Shown here: positions 1 through 9,242 of the stretch, piece after piece | Layout: each line of letters begins with the position of its first letter | How positions within the stretch are numbered: the first letter of the stretch is position 1 | Assembly: GCA_964416445.1 (NCBI GenBank) | Contig: CAYQEE010000001.1 | Location: forward strand, 67,676-131,675 | Reading direction: 5' to 3' | DNA: 64,000 nucleotides | DNA from: an uncultured Gammaproteobacteria bacterium | Lineage (GTDB): Bacteria > Patescibacteriota > Microgenomatia > Levybacterales > UBA12049 | Notes under the pieces: generated by a model | What the model was told of the DNA's origin: nothing | The model's input: the letters and a program-made list of their open reading frames with translations, nothing else | Database searches by the model: none | Translations under genes and position numbers: made by a program

Positions 1-846
1 CAAAAAAATAAACTGCAACGTTCATTAGTTGTTTTTAGTGGAAATCAGAATGCAATTACGACCTTAGTGGAAAATCCTATTCCGCACGCAAGAAATTTAG
101 TAGATAGCGTATTACCTCTTATGAGACGGTATGGTTTTTCTGATCTCAATTTAGATATCGAGTATACTCAAGCAGCTTCAGATGCAGCAAGAACACACTT
201 TGTACAATTTGTAAAAGCGGTGAAAGAAGGAATTACCAAAAAACAAAAAACAACAATTACTGTTGAAATAAGCGCTATTGACGTTGTTGCTAAACACCTT
301 ATTGATGCTGGTGCAGTTGGACGTCTAGTTGATCATCTTGTGATAATGGCCTATGATTATCACTCAACAGATTCACTCGTTACCGGTCCTATCGCTCCTC
401 TCTATGGTGCTGGTACTGTATCCGAGTATGATGTTGCTACTGCTGTTGACAAAACAATTGATAAAGTTCCTTCTCAAAAACTAATCCTTGGCATTCCTCT
501 GTATGGATATGAGTGGGAAACCATTGGAACAGTTCCTCGATCGGCAATTATTCCAAATACTGGTCAAGCAGCAAGTAATCGTCGTGTTGAATTACTCAAA
601 GAATCATGTGCCACTTGTAGTGCTCAATTTGAAAACATTGCCGAGGAACCATATCTTATTTATCTCGACAATGAAACAAATTCCTATCATCAATTTTTTT
701 ATCCCGACATTCGATCAACGCAAGTAAAATTAAACTACGCAGCGAAAATGAATCTTGGAGGAGTTGCTTTATGGGCGTTAGGCTATGAAGGGAAAAACAT
801 TATGAATCCACTAAGTGTTTATAAAAACGACTCAATAAGTTATTGA
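1..846 (+). CDS. Glycoside hydrolase family 18 (chitinase-like) protein, C-terminal part; ORF open to the window start
   Basis: Frame 1 is open from nt 1 with no stop (the ORF track only reports from the internal Met at 67). GH18-like DxxDxDxE catalytic segment (DLNLDIEY), MAYDYH and LGIPLYGYEW blocks typical of GH18. Confidence 0.6.
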   Translation, partial: QKNKLQRSLVVFSGNQNAITTLVENPIPHARNLVDSVLPLMRRYGFSDLNLDIEYTQAASDAARTHFVQFVKAVKEGITKKQKTTITVEISAIDVVAKHLIDAGAVGRLVDHLVIMAYDYHSTDSLVTGPIAPLYGAGTVSEYDVATAVDKTIDKVPSQKLILGIPLYGYEWETIGTVPRSAIIPNTGQAASNRRVELLKESCATCSAQFENIAEEPYLIYLDNETNSYHQFFYPDIRSTQVKLNYAAKMNLGGVALWALGYEGKNIMNPLSVYKNDSISY

Positions 847-1487
847 GAAATGAGGGAGTATTTTTGAGAAGCCGCATTGTATATGAATATATTTCCGAAA
901 GGTACTGGTACAACATTACTCATATTATGAATATCATTAAACGCTGCTGTCACGAAACCAGAAAGAACGGTAATGGTTACACGAGAATTACTTTGATCTA
1001 CTTTTATTGAAGAGACACCATTACTAATTTGTGTGATAAGACTCAATGATTTTACTGAAAATGGTTGTGATGTACTTGTCAGGTTATAGGTAACAGTTCC
1101 GGAATTTTGTGAGACAACGAGAGAAGTTGGAAGTGTTTGAATAAACTGTAACTGCGTATTCGGTTGAATGAGTATACTGCCAACAGTATTGAATAGTATC
1201 GTTGTAGATCCATCTTCTTTTGTATCAATTTCTTCACCTTGTTGAATTTGACGAGGCATTGTAATAACTGCCGGTTCAGTAGCAATCCGTGATTCCCATA
1301 AAACAGTTCCGGAAAGCGTTGAAATATAACCGCTTAATGACTGTAGAGGTGCTTTCTGCAACGAAAACGATGTATACAACTGTGGTTTTTGGATCATGTT
1401 TTTTAAAAGAACGATATGGTTAAAATAGAGTGTACTGATGAATAACCCTATGAGCATGGTAATTAAGAAGGTAACGAATAATTTCAT
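840..1487 (-). CDS. Hypothetical secreted or membrane-anchored protein. N-terminal hydrophobic helix, then a Ser/Thr/Gln-rich region
   Basis: Long ORF. N-terminal TM/signal-anchor MKLFVTFLITMLIGLFISTLYF. Low-complexity S/T-rich extracellular-type composition. No recognisable catalytic motif. Confidence 0.4.
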   Translation of the reverse strand: MKLFVTFLITMLIGLFISTLYFNHIVLLKNMIQKPQLYTSFSLQKAPLQSLSGYISTLSGTVLWESRIATEPAVITMPRQIQQGEEIDTKEDGSTTILFNTVGSILIQPNTQLQFIQTLPTSLVVSQNSGTVTYNLTSTSQPFSVKSLSLITQISNGVSSIKVDQSNSRVTITVLSGFVTAAFNDIHNMSNVVPVPFGNIFIYNAASQKYSLISQ

Positions 1488-1692
1488 AACATGTTCACTA
1501 TCATATTATAATAAAAAATATGCAAAGAGTTTTGAATAGTACTCCTTTGTCTGGAGTAGCCCTTATAATGTGCTACTGAACTGTTATTAACTTTCCTGCG
1601 ACAGAAAAATAATGACCTTCCCTTACAGGCAGCTTTGAAAATTGAAATACAAAATAGCAAAAAATTCTCGCGAGAGCTGGAGTATTAAATAA

Positions 1693-2319
1693 CTACTTTT
1701 TTCTTCCGCTGAAGTTACGATTTTTTTCAATAAAATGAACCAATAAATAATTACCAAATTTATATCGTATAAGAACGACAAGTGATAAATCGAGAATACC
1801 AATATAAAGAGGGAAACCGTATTGGGCGAGCGTCCAAGATTTAATAGTTAGCAGAGTGATGACTGCACTAATCATTCCTAAAAAGTAAATTAAATAGCTT
1901 TCCGTTTCAGGCGCATAAAATGCTTTAACAATGGTTGGCAAGCCAGCGGAAGCATCAGCAAGAATACTAAATAAGATTGCGATATTTGGCGCTTTTGAGA
2001 GATACCATAAAAGTATCCCACAAAAAGAGAGACTTGCGCAAATTAGATCAAATAATCCTAATTTCCAATGAGATTTTTTGTTAATAAACGAAATAAAAAA
2101 TATGAGCAGCGGAATAATTCCTACAGTAAAGGTGAGAAGAGATGTTAAACCTACACCTTGTTTAATTTCTGCAACAAAGGCAACGAAAGGGGCAAAGGAC
2201 CAAAAAAGCCAAGTAACTTTATTTGGTTGTACTTTTCCTGTAATAGTATCTAATATATAACTTAAGCTACCAATAAAAGTTAATATTACTCCAATAATGA
2301 CAAAATACTGATTAATCAT
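1693..2319 (-). CDS. Integral membrane protein of unknown function (about 6 predicted TM helices)
   Basis: 208-aa ORF with six hydrophobic stretches. No recognisable family motif. Confidence 0.45.
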   Translation of the reverse strand: MINQYFVIIGVILTFIGSLSYILDTITGKVQPNKVTWLFWSFAPFVAFVAEIKQGVGLTSLLTFTVGIIPLLIFFISFINKKSHWKLGLFDLICASLSFCGILLWYLSKAPNIAILFSILADASAGLPTIVKAFYAPETESYLIYFLGMISAVITLLTIKSWTLAQYGFPLYIGILDLSLVVLIRYKFGNYLLVHFIEKNRNFSGRKK

Positions 2320-2384
2320 AGAACACTCAGCTCAGTATAATCTACTCATCTTCGCTGTACAAGTAAGGGAGTAATTTATGCTAA

Positions 2385-3368
2385 TTATAAAAGCGGCAAT
2401 ATTTCTTTTCCGTAGTTTGAAATAAAGTCTAGTTGATTAGGACCTGCTGAATGGACAATAATATGCGTAAAGCCGAGATTGGTATATTGTTTTATATACT
2501 GTATATGGTCTTGCGGATTACGGGAAATGCACATGCTTTGTTGAATAGTATCCATTCCTACTGCAGCACCGTTCATTTCAGACATTTTTGGTGTATAAAT
2601 CTTTTGATCGAATAAAGCTGGGATAAAGGTGCCAGCCCAATATTTTTTCATTTCATGTGTCACTGCTTTTATATCTTCAGAAAAAGCAACATTAATTTCG
2701 ATAAGTTTCGGCATCTTGGTAGCATTTTTACCAGCTTCTTCTGCACCTTTAGTAAAGTTTCTTATTATTTGTTTATATACTTCAGGTTTTTGTCCTCCAA
2801 CCGTTATGAGTCCGTCACCATATTCCCCCGCAAAGAAAGCACTTTCAGGAACTAATGACGATATATAAATTGGAATAGAATTTTTAGGCAAAGTAAATAA
2901 CTTTGCTTTTTTGGTTTCATAATATTCTCCTGTAAAAGTGACTTCTTTTCCTGTCAAAAGTTGTCGTATTAGGGTAATTGATTCTTGTAACATAGCTCTT
3001 CTTGTGTTATACCCAGGCCAAATTCCCGTTGCTGCATATTCATTTAATGCTTCACCAGTTCCTGTACATAAATAGAATCTGCCGTTAGCCATATAGGAAA
3101 TTGTAGCTGAAGCTTGAGCAATTATTGAAGGGTGATAACGAATGATGGGGCAGGTAAGCCCTGTTCCTACCATAATGTGCTTAGTTTTTACTGCCGCTGC
3201 CCCCAACCAGCTCCATGTATATGCACAACTTCCTTGCTCTGACCATGGGTGAAAATGATCACTGACATCGATACTGTCAAATCCTACTTTATCTGCAAGT
3301 ATCGCTTGTTCAAGCAAATCATCAGGTTGATATTGTTCTATTCCTGCTTTCCATCCAATGTGTGCCAT
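2385..3368 (-). CDS. fgd: F420-dependent glucose-6-phosphate dehydrogenase family oxidoreductase (LLM/luciferase-like fold)
   Basis: 327 aa. Colinear with mycobacterial Fgd1: GFDSIDVSDHFHPW, LTCPIIRYHPSIIAQA, TGTGEALNE blocks. Adjacent to the cofCDE genes. Confidence 0.75.
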   Translation of the reverse strand: MAHIGWKAGIEQYQPDDLLEQAILADKVGFDSIDVSDHFHPWSEQGSCAYTWSWLGAAAVKTKHIMVGTGLTCPIIRYHPSIIAQASATISYMANGRFYLCTGTGEALNEYAATGIWPGYNTRRAMLQESITLIRQLLTGKEVTFTGEYYETKKAKLFTLPKNSIPIYISSLVPESAFFAGEYGDGLITVGGQKPEVYKQIIRNFTKGAEEAGKNATKMPKLIEINVAFSEDIKAVTHEMKKYWAGTFIPALFDQKIYTPKMSEMNGAAVGMDTIQQSMCISRNPQDHIQYIKQYTNLGFTHIIVHSAGPNQLDFISNYGKEILPLL

Positions 3369-3456
3369 TGCTTAACTATGCAGATTATAGATCAGGGAAA
3401 TGTTAATTTTTCTTAAGAATTTTGATAGAACTAAATTCTGATTAAAAATCCAGAGT

Positions 3457-4326
3457 TTACAATTTTGCTAATTGTGGAATGATTTTTTCGCCAAATATGT
3501 GAAGAGGAGTAATTGCTTCCACATTTCTGATTCCAAAAATAGCATGATCAATACCTAATTCTCGAAGATGTTGTGCTTGCCCAATGATTTCTGCAGGATT
3601 TACGGTTGGTGAGGCAAATACGAGAACGGTCTTTTCTATCTCTCGATAATTTCGTCCAATTTCTTTGCAATGTTGTTGAAGTACCTGTAATTTATGGATA
3701 AGTCCTGGTTCATCATTTGCAAAAAGATTACATGCATTAGCATATTGTGCTACAAGTCGTAATGTTTTCTTCTCACCACCACCACCAATAAGGATTGGAA
3801 TAGTTGGTTTTGCGAGCGGAATTGGATGATTGATCGGTTCGCTAAGATTAAAATGTTTTCCTGAAATTGGTGCTGTATTATCTTGAAACATTTGTTTTGC
3901 AATGATGAGAGTTTCTTCTAATTCCTCAAACCGTTCTTTCAATGAAGGAAAGGGAAAACCAAGTCCTTTCGATTCTTCTTCATTCCAAGCTGCACCAATA
4001 CCGAGTATTGCTCTTCCTTTGCTTAAGACGTCAAGCGTAGTGACTGCTTTCACCAGCAAAGCAGGTTGTCGATAAATAACACCAGTAACCATAGTTCCTA
4101 AGGTTACTTTTTTTGTCTTACCAGCTAAGAAACCGAGGGTAGTATATGCTTCGAGCATCGGTTCTTCTTTCATTCCAACATGAGGTATTTGAAAAAAATG
4201 ATCCATTACCCAGAGACTATTAAACCCGACAGAATCTGCAGTAGTTGCAATTGTTGCAAGCGTATCACTTATTGACTGAGGCTCTTTTGGCCAGGTAAAT
4301 CTGCTAATTTGTAATCCCACTTTCAT
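3457..4326 (-). CDS. LLM-class F420-dependent oxidoreductase
   Basis: 289 aa. Luciferase-like monooxygenase-fold motifs: VGFNSLWVMDHF, YRQPALLVKAVTTLDVLSKGRAILGIGAAW. Located in the F420 island. Confidence 0.7.
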   Translation of the reverse strand: MKVGLQISRFTWPKEPQSISDTLATIATTADSVGFNSLWVMDHFFQIPHVGMKEEPMLEAYTTLGFLAGKTKKVTLGTMVTGVIYRQPALLVKAVTTLDVLSKGRAILGIGAAWNEEESKGLGFPFPSLKERFEELEETLIIAKQMFQDNTAPISGKHFNLSEPINHPIPLAKPTIPILIGGGGEKKTLRLVAQYANACNLFANDEPGLIHKLQVLQQHCKEIGRNYREIEKTVLVFASPTVNPAEIIGQAQHLRELGIDHAIFGIRNVEAITPLHIFGEKIIPQLAKL

Positions 4327-4530
4327 AGATAGTTTTCTTTTTCATTATATAAACCATATGCGATGAATGCAATCGCCCTGTGGATCGGTATTTTTAGGAA
4401 CGCAAATGAGGATTTTCTGGGCTTGTAGTGGCTAAAACGAGCGAAATAGGTGATATAGTTGTATTCATGTCCCACAGATCAATAACGTCTTATAGTTGAA
4501 ATTGGGTAATAAAATCGTTAAGATACAGCT

Positions 4531-6888
4531 ATGCCGACACCTGAACAAGTACAGCAAGCACAAGCGTATTTTTCAACATTACGTAGTTTGAGAACTGCAT
4601 TTCAGTCTCCTCAAGAATATCATCAATTTGTACGTGCACAGCGTTTGACAAACGAACATCAATCAAATCTGTCAATCATGAATTCATTTCGTCGTGGCCG
4701 ATTCGTACCTTCTGAACCTGCTCAGCAATCAGTAACATTTCCCCCAGATCAAGCGGTAAAAAAAAGTGAAGTGTCACTTGCTACATTACATGAGCAAATA
4801 AATAGGGAAAAAATGCAGCAAGCCCAACCAGGAGAATTTACTTGGTCGATGATGGAATGGGAAAGTTATCAAACAGCGATGCAAGAGACAAATGTCCACA
4901 AACGTGAAAAAGCCGTAAAGAAAACCGCGAAAATTGCTGCAGATAATCTCTTTGATCATGTTGACAGAATTGATTTCGCCGTAAGTTTATGGCGATCCTT
5001 TGAACTTGAGCAAGCGGACACGCAAGGTACACAATCATTTACTCAACGTGTAACTCGAGAACTTGCGATAAAAGCAAAAGAACGATGGAGAAATCTTACC
5101 CATGAGCAAATTGCTGAACTTATCAAAATCTATACCTACTCACCACTTGCTCATAAAACCGCACAAACGGTTCTAGCAAGCTATTTCTTGGGTCCTGAAA
5201 ATGAAGTTGAAAAGCAAAAACATGTAACGCAAGACTGGGAGAGAAGTTTGCGGGTTTGGCAAAATACTGCTGACATTTTATATACTTTAGCGCACACCGC
5301 ACTTGATCTCGTTGACGATATGCCGGCATTGAGAAAAGTACTTCGCATGCAAGAGTTTTTGGATAACGATGTAATTCCGATGGGTTCCCGTTTCATGGTT
5401 CACTCGACCATGGGATTAAATTTTTGCACGGAAGGGACTCCCGTACAAAATAAGATACTAAAAACAAGACATATTGCAGAACGCGTTTTTTCTGATTTAG
5501 AAACAATTGCTGGTATTTCTACGAATGAGTATATCCCTCAAGCTATGAAAGTACTAAGTTCTTCTGAGTATCATACACGTCAAGCAGGAATGATTATTAA
5601 TCACGTTGAGAAACGTATTGGGTATGATGAAAGAATAAAACGACGAGAAATGATTACCGCATTATCTGCAGATACGGTTCATGAAACCGGACAATCAAAA
5701 AACTGGTTAGAACAACTCATACACGATCCTACTGATCCATTAGAGAGACGGTATAAACGCGAAATAGGTCAGCAAGTGGTTGCAACAAGCTTAGGGAGAA
5801 AATTGGTACGAGAAAACTACGCCGCAAATAGTAGATCACATCTTGCATGGTATACTCTTCCGATTGAAAACGGATCAACGATGGTAAGTCTTATTATTCC
5901 GAGGTCATTGCTTTCTCAACTCAAAGAAGTTACAAAACAAGCTGTTGCCATTTATATGGAAACAGAACAAGCCCAACAATTTGTCCATGAAGAAAACGAT
6001 ATAGCACCATATCAAATATTTACCCAGACCTTTCAAATACAAAATGAAAAAGTAACGGTATTAGTACGAAAGCTCACGGAGCGGGAAAAAAGACAACATG
6101 AGCTCATGCAACTCCAAGAAATAGCATTTCCACTTATTGAAACTGTTGATGGGAAACCGGTCGCTGAAGCGAATCAAGCATTGGCAAGGGAAATTTATGG
6201 TACCCGACACATCTTCCCCAATGCCAGAGGATATCGAGTCAATTTTATGCAAGATACGCCACTTGGTAAAATGGGCATCGAAAATATTGATTTTATTGAT
6301 GATCCAGAAGGTACTGGAGAAATTGTTGCAATTTTTCCCGTTGGATCAGTGCCATTACGAATAAAAATAGCAAAAAATTTTACGCTTGATTTACAAGGAA
6401 AAACCTTTCCCAATCAGATGTTAAAAGAGTCGGTCCATTTCCTCTTATTAAAATTACTTCAACCAATTATTTGTTCCGATCCAGAAATAGGCGAAATACC
6501 AGAACAAACAGAGGTAACCAGAGTGATAACTGATCGTGTGGGATATCTCCGATATCTTCCTCCGACATGGAGCTATTCTGCGCAAGCAGTGAGCAATTAT
6601 AGGAGAGAACGACATGATGATCTTGAAGTGATGAGCGCGGTCAGGCAAGAAACAGCAAGAGAAAAAGCAAATCAGTATTTGCAAGTAACCGAACAAATTA
6701 TTGAACAACCAAATCCTCAAGCCAAGGCAGCAGTGTTTGAAAGAGCATGGATGAATCACGTTAAATGGGAGCGAAGGAGCCGAGGACAATCTACCTATGT
6801 AAAAGAAATAACTTCTGGGGAAATATTACCACCTTTGGACGTAACAAACATAGTATCTCAAGAAATCTTGTATCTTCAGTTTGTCTAG
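4531..6888 (+). CDS. Large hypothetical soluble protein (785 aa), no recognisable domain
   Basis: Uninterrupted 2.36-kb ORF on the opposite strand to the flanking F420 genes. No TM segments. Q/E/R-rich. Local GC is about 45% by hand count, against 23-30% in the glycan locus. No nucleotide-binding or catalytic motif recognised. Confidence 0.6.
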   Translation: MPTPEQVQQAQAYFSTLRSLRTAFQSPQEYHQFVRAQRLTNEHQSNLSIMNSFRRGRFVPSEPAQQSVTFPPDQAVKKSEVSLATLHEQINREKMQQAQPGEFTWSMMEWESYQTAMQETNVHKREKAVKKTAKIAADNLFDHVDRIDFAVSLWRSFELEQADTQGTQSFTQRVTRELAIKAKERWRNLTHEQIAELIKIYTYSPLAHKTAQTVLASYFLGPENEVEKQKHVTQDWERSLRVWQNTADILYTLAHTALDLVDDMPALRKVLRMQEFLDNDVIPMGSRFMVHSTMGLNFCTEGTPVQNKILKTRHIAERVFSDLETIAGISTNEYIPQAMKVLSSSEYHTRQAGMIINHVEKRIGYDERIKRREMITALSADTVHETGQSKNWLEQLIHDPTDPLERRYKREIGQQVVATSLGRKLVRENYAANSRSHLAWYTLPIENGSTMVSLIIPRSLLSQLKEVTKQAVAIYMETEQAQQFVHEENDIAPYQIFTQTFQIQNEKVTVLVRKLTEREKRQHELMQLQEIAFPLIETVDGKPVAEANQALAREIYGTRHIFPNARGYRVNFMQDTPLGKMGIENIDFIDDPEGTGEIVAIFPVGSVPLRIKIAKNFTLDLQGKTFPNQMLKESVHFLLLKLLQPIICSDPEIGEIPEQTEVTRVITDRVGYLRYLPPTWSYSAQAVSNYRRERHDDLEVMSAVRQETAREKANQYLQVTEQIIEQPNPQAKAAVFERAWMNHVKWERRSRGQSTYVKEITSGEILPPLDVTNIVSQEILYLQFV

Positions 6889-6890
6889 GT

Positions 6891-7511
6891 CTACATTTTC
6901 TCTTCTTTTCCAGAGAAAAAGTTTGGAGCAATGTTAGCAAGTATATCTATATCCACAGGAGTATCAATATCAAATGCAGTAGTCATAGCGGTATAAACTT
7001 GATAGGTTAGTGAGCGCATTGTTGCATAGTGTTTATAGATAGTAAAACTATTATTGCCAAAAAGAAAAGGTACTAATAACGGTGTGTGTGTCAGGAGAAT
7101 ATTCGTACCCGTGCCTTCCTTAGAGGGAGCTAGCACGAGTGAACAAGATTGTGAGAGTTGAATAATATTTTGAATATCTTCTTTTTGTACCAGAGGGAGA
7201 TCGGCGGAAATTATTAAAAGCGGATTAGACTTAGTTTCCTGTACTGCTGCATTATGAAGCGCTTTATTCTGGGTAAAGCTAGTATCTAAGTAATGATGGA
7301 TGCCAAGTTGCTTTTTAAGTCGTATGATAGAAGGATCTGCAGTTACTACTGATATCTGAGATATCTCTTGACACATACTGAGTACCGTAACCACATGCGT
7401 AAACATTTGCAATATAAGCTTTTTCCTATTTGCTTCAGGCAAATAGGCACGCAAGCGACTTTTTCCTTGTGAGAGCGTTTTCACGGGAATTAATGCATGA
7501 CAGTTATTCAT
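6891..7511 (-). CDS. cofC: 2-phospho-L-lactate guanylyltransferase (CofC/FbiD family)
   Basis: 206 aa. N-terminal ALIPVKTLSQGKSRL matches the CofC signature (IPVK...KSRL). MobA-like nucleotidyltransferase size. Immediately upstream of cofD. Confidence 0.75.
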   Translation of the reverse strand: MNNCHALIPVKTLSQGKSRLRAYLPEANRKKLILQMFTHVVTVLSMCQEISQISVVTADPSIIRLKKQLGIHHYLDTSFTQNKALHNAAVQETKSNPLLIISADLPLVQKEDIQNIIQLSQSCSLVLAPSKEGTGTNILLTHTPLLVPFLFGNNSFTIYKHYATMRSLTYQVYTAMTTAFDIDTPVDIDILANIAPNFFSGKEEKM

Positions 7512-7521
7512 GGGGTTTATA

Positions 7522-8454
7522 CTATAGAGAAACTCCAGCTGCTGTTAATGCCATAGCTGCTAACTTTTTTTTCGTGTGAATATCATGCATGATGGTATCC
7601 AAGGTAAAGACCTCCATACCGAGTTTTTCGATAGCCGATTGCAAATAGGCGTCTTGCAAATCAATTATCATACCATTTAAAAAATCTTTATAGTATTGAG
7701 CGACACCGAATGCAGATACCTCAAGATGTTTAAATTTCATGAGTTTGTCAGCAGGACCTTTAATTGGTTTTCCGCTGATGATAGGACTAATAGCAATTTT
7801 TTTACTTTTCGTTTGTAGTAAAGCTTGTTTGATTCCTGGAATAGCGAGAATACTACCGATGCTCACGAGTGGATTACTCGGTGCAATAATGATTGCTTCA
7901 GCAGTTGCAATTGCCTCGAGTATTTCAGGAGCTGCTTTTGCTTGTGCTGAGTGAGGAAAAATGATATCAAGAACAGGGATTTCAGTTCTATATTTAACAA
8001 AATATTCTTCAAAATGTATTATGCCTTGAGGAGTTTTAATATAGGTTTGTGCTATATCGTTACTCATGGGTACGAGTTGAATTTGAAGACCAAATTTTTT
8101 TACTATTTCTCGAGTTGCTTCACTCAGTGTTTTCCCTTGTTTCAAAAGATGTGTTCGATAAATATGTGTGGCTAAATCTTTATCTCCTAATAGGAACCAT
8201 GAGTCGTATCCCAGAAAAGTTAATTGGTTCATTGTGGCGTAGGTATCTTGTTTAATACCCCACCCTTGTTGGGGGTTAACCACTTTCGCAAGGGTGTAGA
8301 CAATAATATCTAAATCAGGCGAGACATGTAAACCGTAGAAATCACGGTCATCACCAGTATTGCCAATGATAAATATTTGTTCTTGTGGTTTAATGCAAAT
8401 TAATCCCTCAAGAAACTTTGCTGCTCCAACCCCTCCAGCTAATACGACAATCAT
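7522..8454 (-). CDS. cofD: 2-phospho-L-lactate transferase (LPPG:FO transferase, CofD)
   Basis: 310 aa. MIVVLAGGVGAAKFLEGL, NTGDDRDFYGLHVSPDLDIIVY and WFLLGDKD blocks characteristic of the CofD/YvcK-like fold. Confidence 0.8.
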   Translation of the reverse strand: MIVVLAGGVGAAKFLEGLICIKPQEQIFIIGNTGDDRDFYGLHVSPDLDIIVYTLAKVVNPQQGWGIKQDTYATMNQLTFLGYDSWFLLGDKDLATHIYRTHLLKQGKTLSEATREIVKKFGLQIQLVPMSNDIAQTYIKTPQGIIHFEEYFVKYRTEIPVLDIIFPHSAQAKAAPEILEAIATAEAIIIAPSNPLVSIGSILAIPGIKQALLQTKSKKIAISPIISGKPIKGPADKLMKFKHLEVSAFGVAQYYKDFLNGMIIDLQDAYLQSAIEKLGMEVFTLDTIMHDIHTKKKLAAMALTAAGVSL

Positions 8455-8472
8455 ATAATTTTTTCTCTTACT

Positions 8473-9228
8473 TTATCGAAACATATCTGATAATGGATCA
8501 CGAAGTAATGAATCAGCATTCTGTGAACTTGCATCATAATGAAATCCTCGGAGAATAGCTACTGGAATATTATCTATTTTACCCATGACTAATTCGGCGG
8601 CTGAAGCTATTTCATCAGCAATGGCGATAACACTTGCATGAAGTTCATAACCTGAGACATCTTGTTTACCTCTAAAATCTAAGAGCGGAGAAATGCCAGA
8701 AGATCCAATTGCAAAGTTTACTTGGCCTTCACGCCATGGACGACCCCATGTATCAGAAATGATCGTAGCAAGCTCAACGTCCCAGCGTTTTTTTAGATCT
8801 TTTCGAAGTGCGTCAGCTGATTTATTCGGACTGGACGGAAGGATTGATACGGTATTGGTTTTCATTATATTTGATGCATCGACACCGGCATTTGCGCAAA
8901 TAAAACCATGATGTGTTTCAGTGATTAAAACGGTACTATTCATGCGAACAATTCGTTTACTCTGTTGCAAAACAACTTCAATAAATCGAGGATCTTTTTG
9001 AGCAGTTTTTGCAATATGTATTGCAAATGCAGATGGAGTAATACTATTCAAATGAATAATTTGCCCTTCTACTTTTGATACGATTTTTTGGGTAACGATT
9101 ACAATATCCTTATTTTTTAGTGAAATACCATTCCCTGTTATCGCAATGCTTATCAATTCAGATAGCGAATCACCTGGAGATATTTCAGGAATATAATGGA
9201 TAGGGAAAATTTCAATCGAATGTTTCAT
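8473..9228 (-). CDS. cofE: Coenzyme F420-0:L-glutamate ligase (CofE, short stand-alone type)
   Basis: 251 aa, the usual CofE size. VIVTQKIVSKVEGQ and ANAGVDASN motifs. No fused nitroreductase domain, unlike actinobacterial FbiB. Confidence 0.75.
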   Translation of the reverse strand: MKHSIEIFPIHYIPEISPGDSLSELISIAITGNGISLKNKDIVIVTQKIVSKVEGQIIHLNSITPSAFAIHIAKTAQKDPRFIEVVLQQSKRIVRMNSTVLITETHHGFICANAGVDASNIMKTNTVSILPSSPNKSADALRKDLKKRWDVELATIISDTWGRPWREGQVNFAIGSSGISPLLDFRGKQDVSGYELHASVIAIADEIASAAELVMGKIDNIPVAILRGFHYDASSQNADSLLRDPLSDMFR

Positions 9229-9242
9229 TTTTGTTTGATAAA

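Noticed and set aside
488-727. Many 60-110 aa ORFs nested inside or antisense to the large genes (for example 488..727, 1079..1285, 2078..2260, 2629..2868, 4838..5038, 6454..6789, 7739..8255, 13163..13557, 33080..33318, 49053..49331, 61891..62222, 63119..63730)
   Set aside because: Each lies wholly within a longer ORF that carries clear family motifs. They have low-complexity or hydrophobic junk composition typical of off-frame AT-rich translation. Treated as spurious.
1540-1558. Hairpin TACTCC-tttgtct-GGAGTA between the two minus-strand genes at 1.5 kb
   Set aside because: No U-tract follows on either strand, so it is not a convincing intrinsic terminator. A 6-bp stem could arise by chance.
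1666-1675. Perfect 10-bp palindrome TCTCGCGAGA just downstream of the stop of the 1693..2319 gene
   Set aside because: Single short palindrome with no partner site. Could be a restriction or regulatory site, but there is no supporting context.
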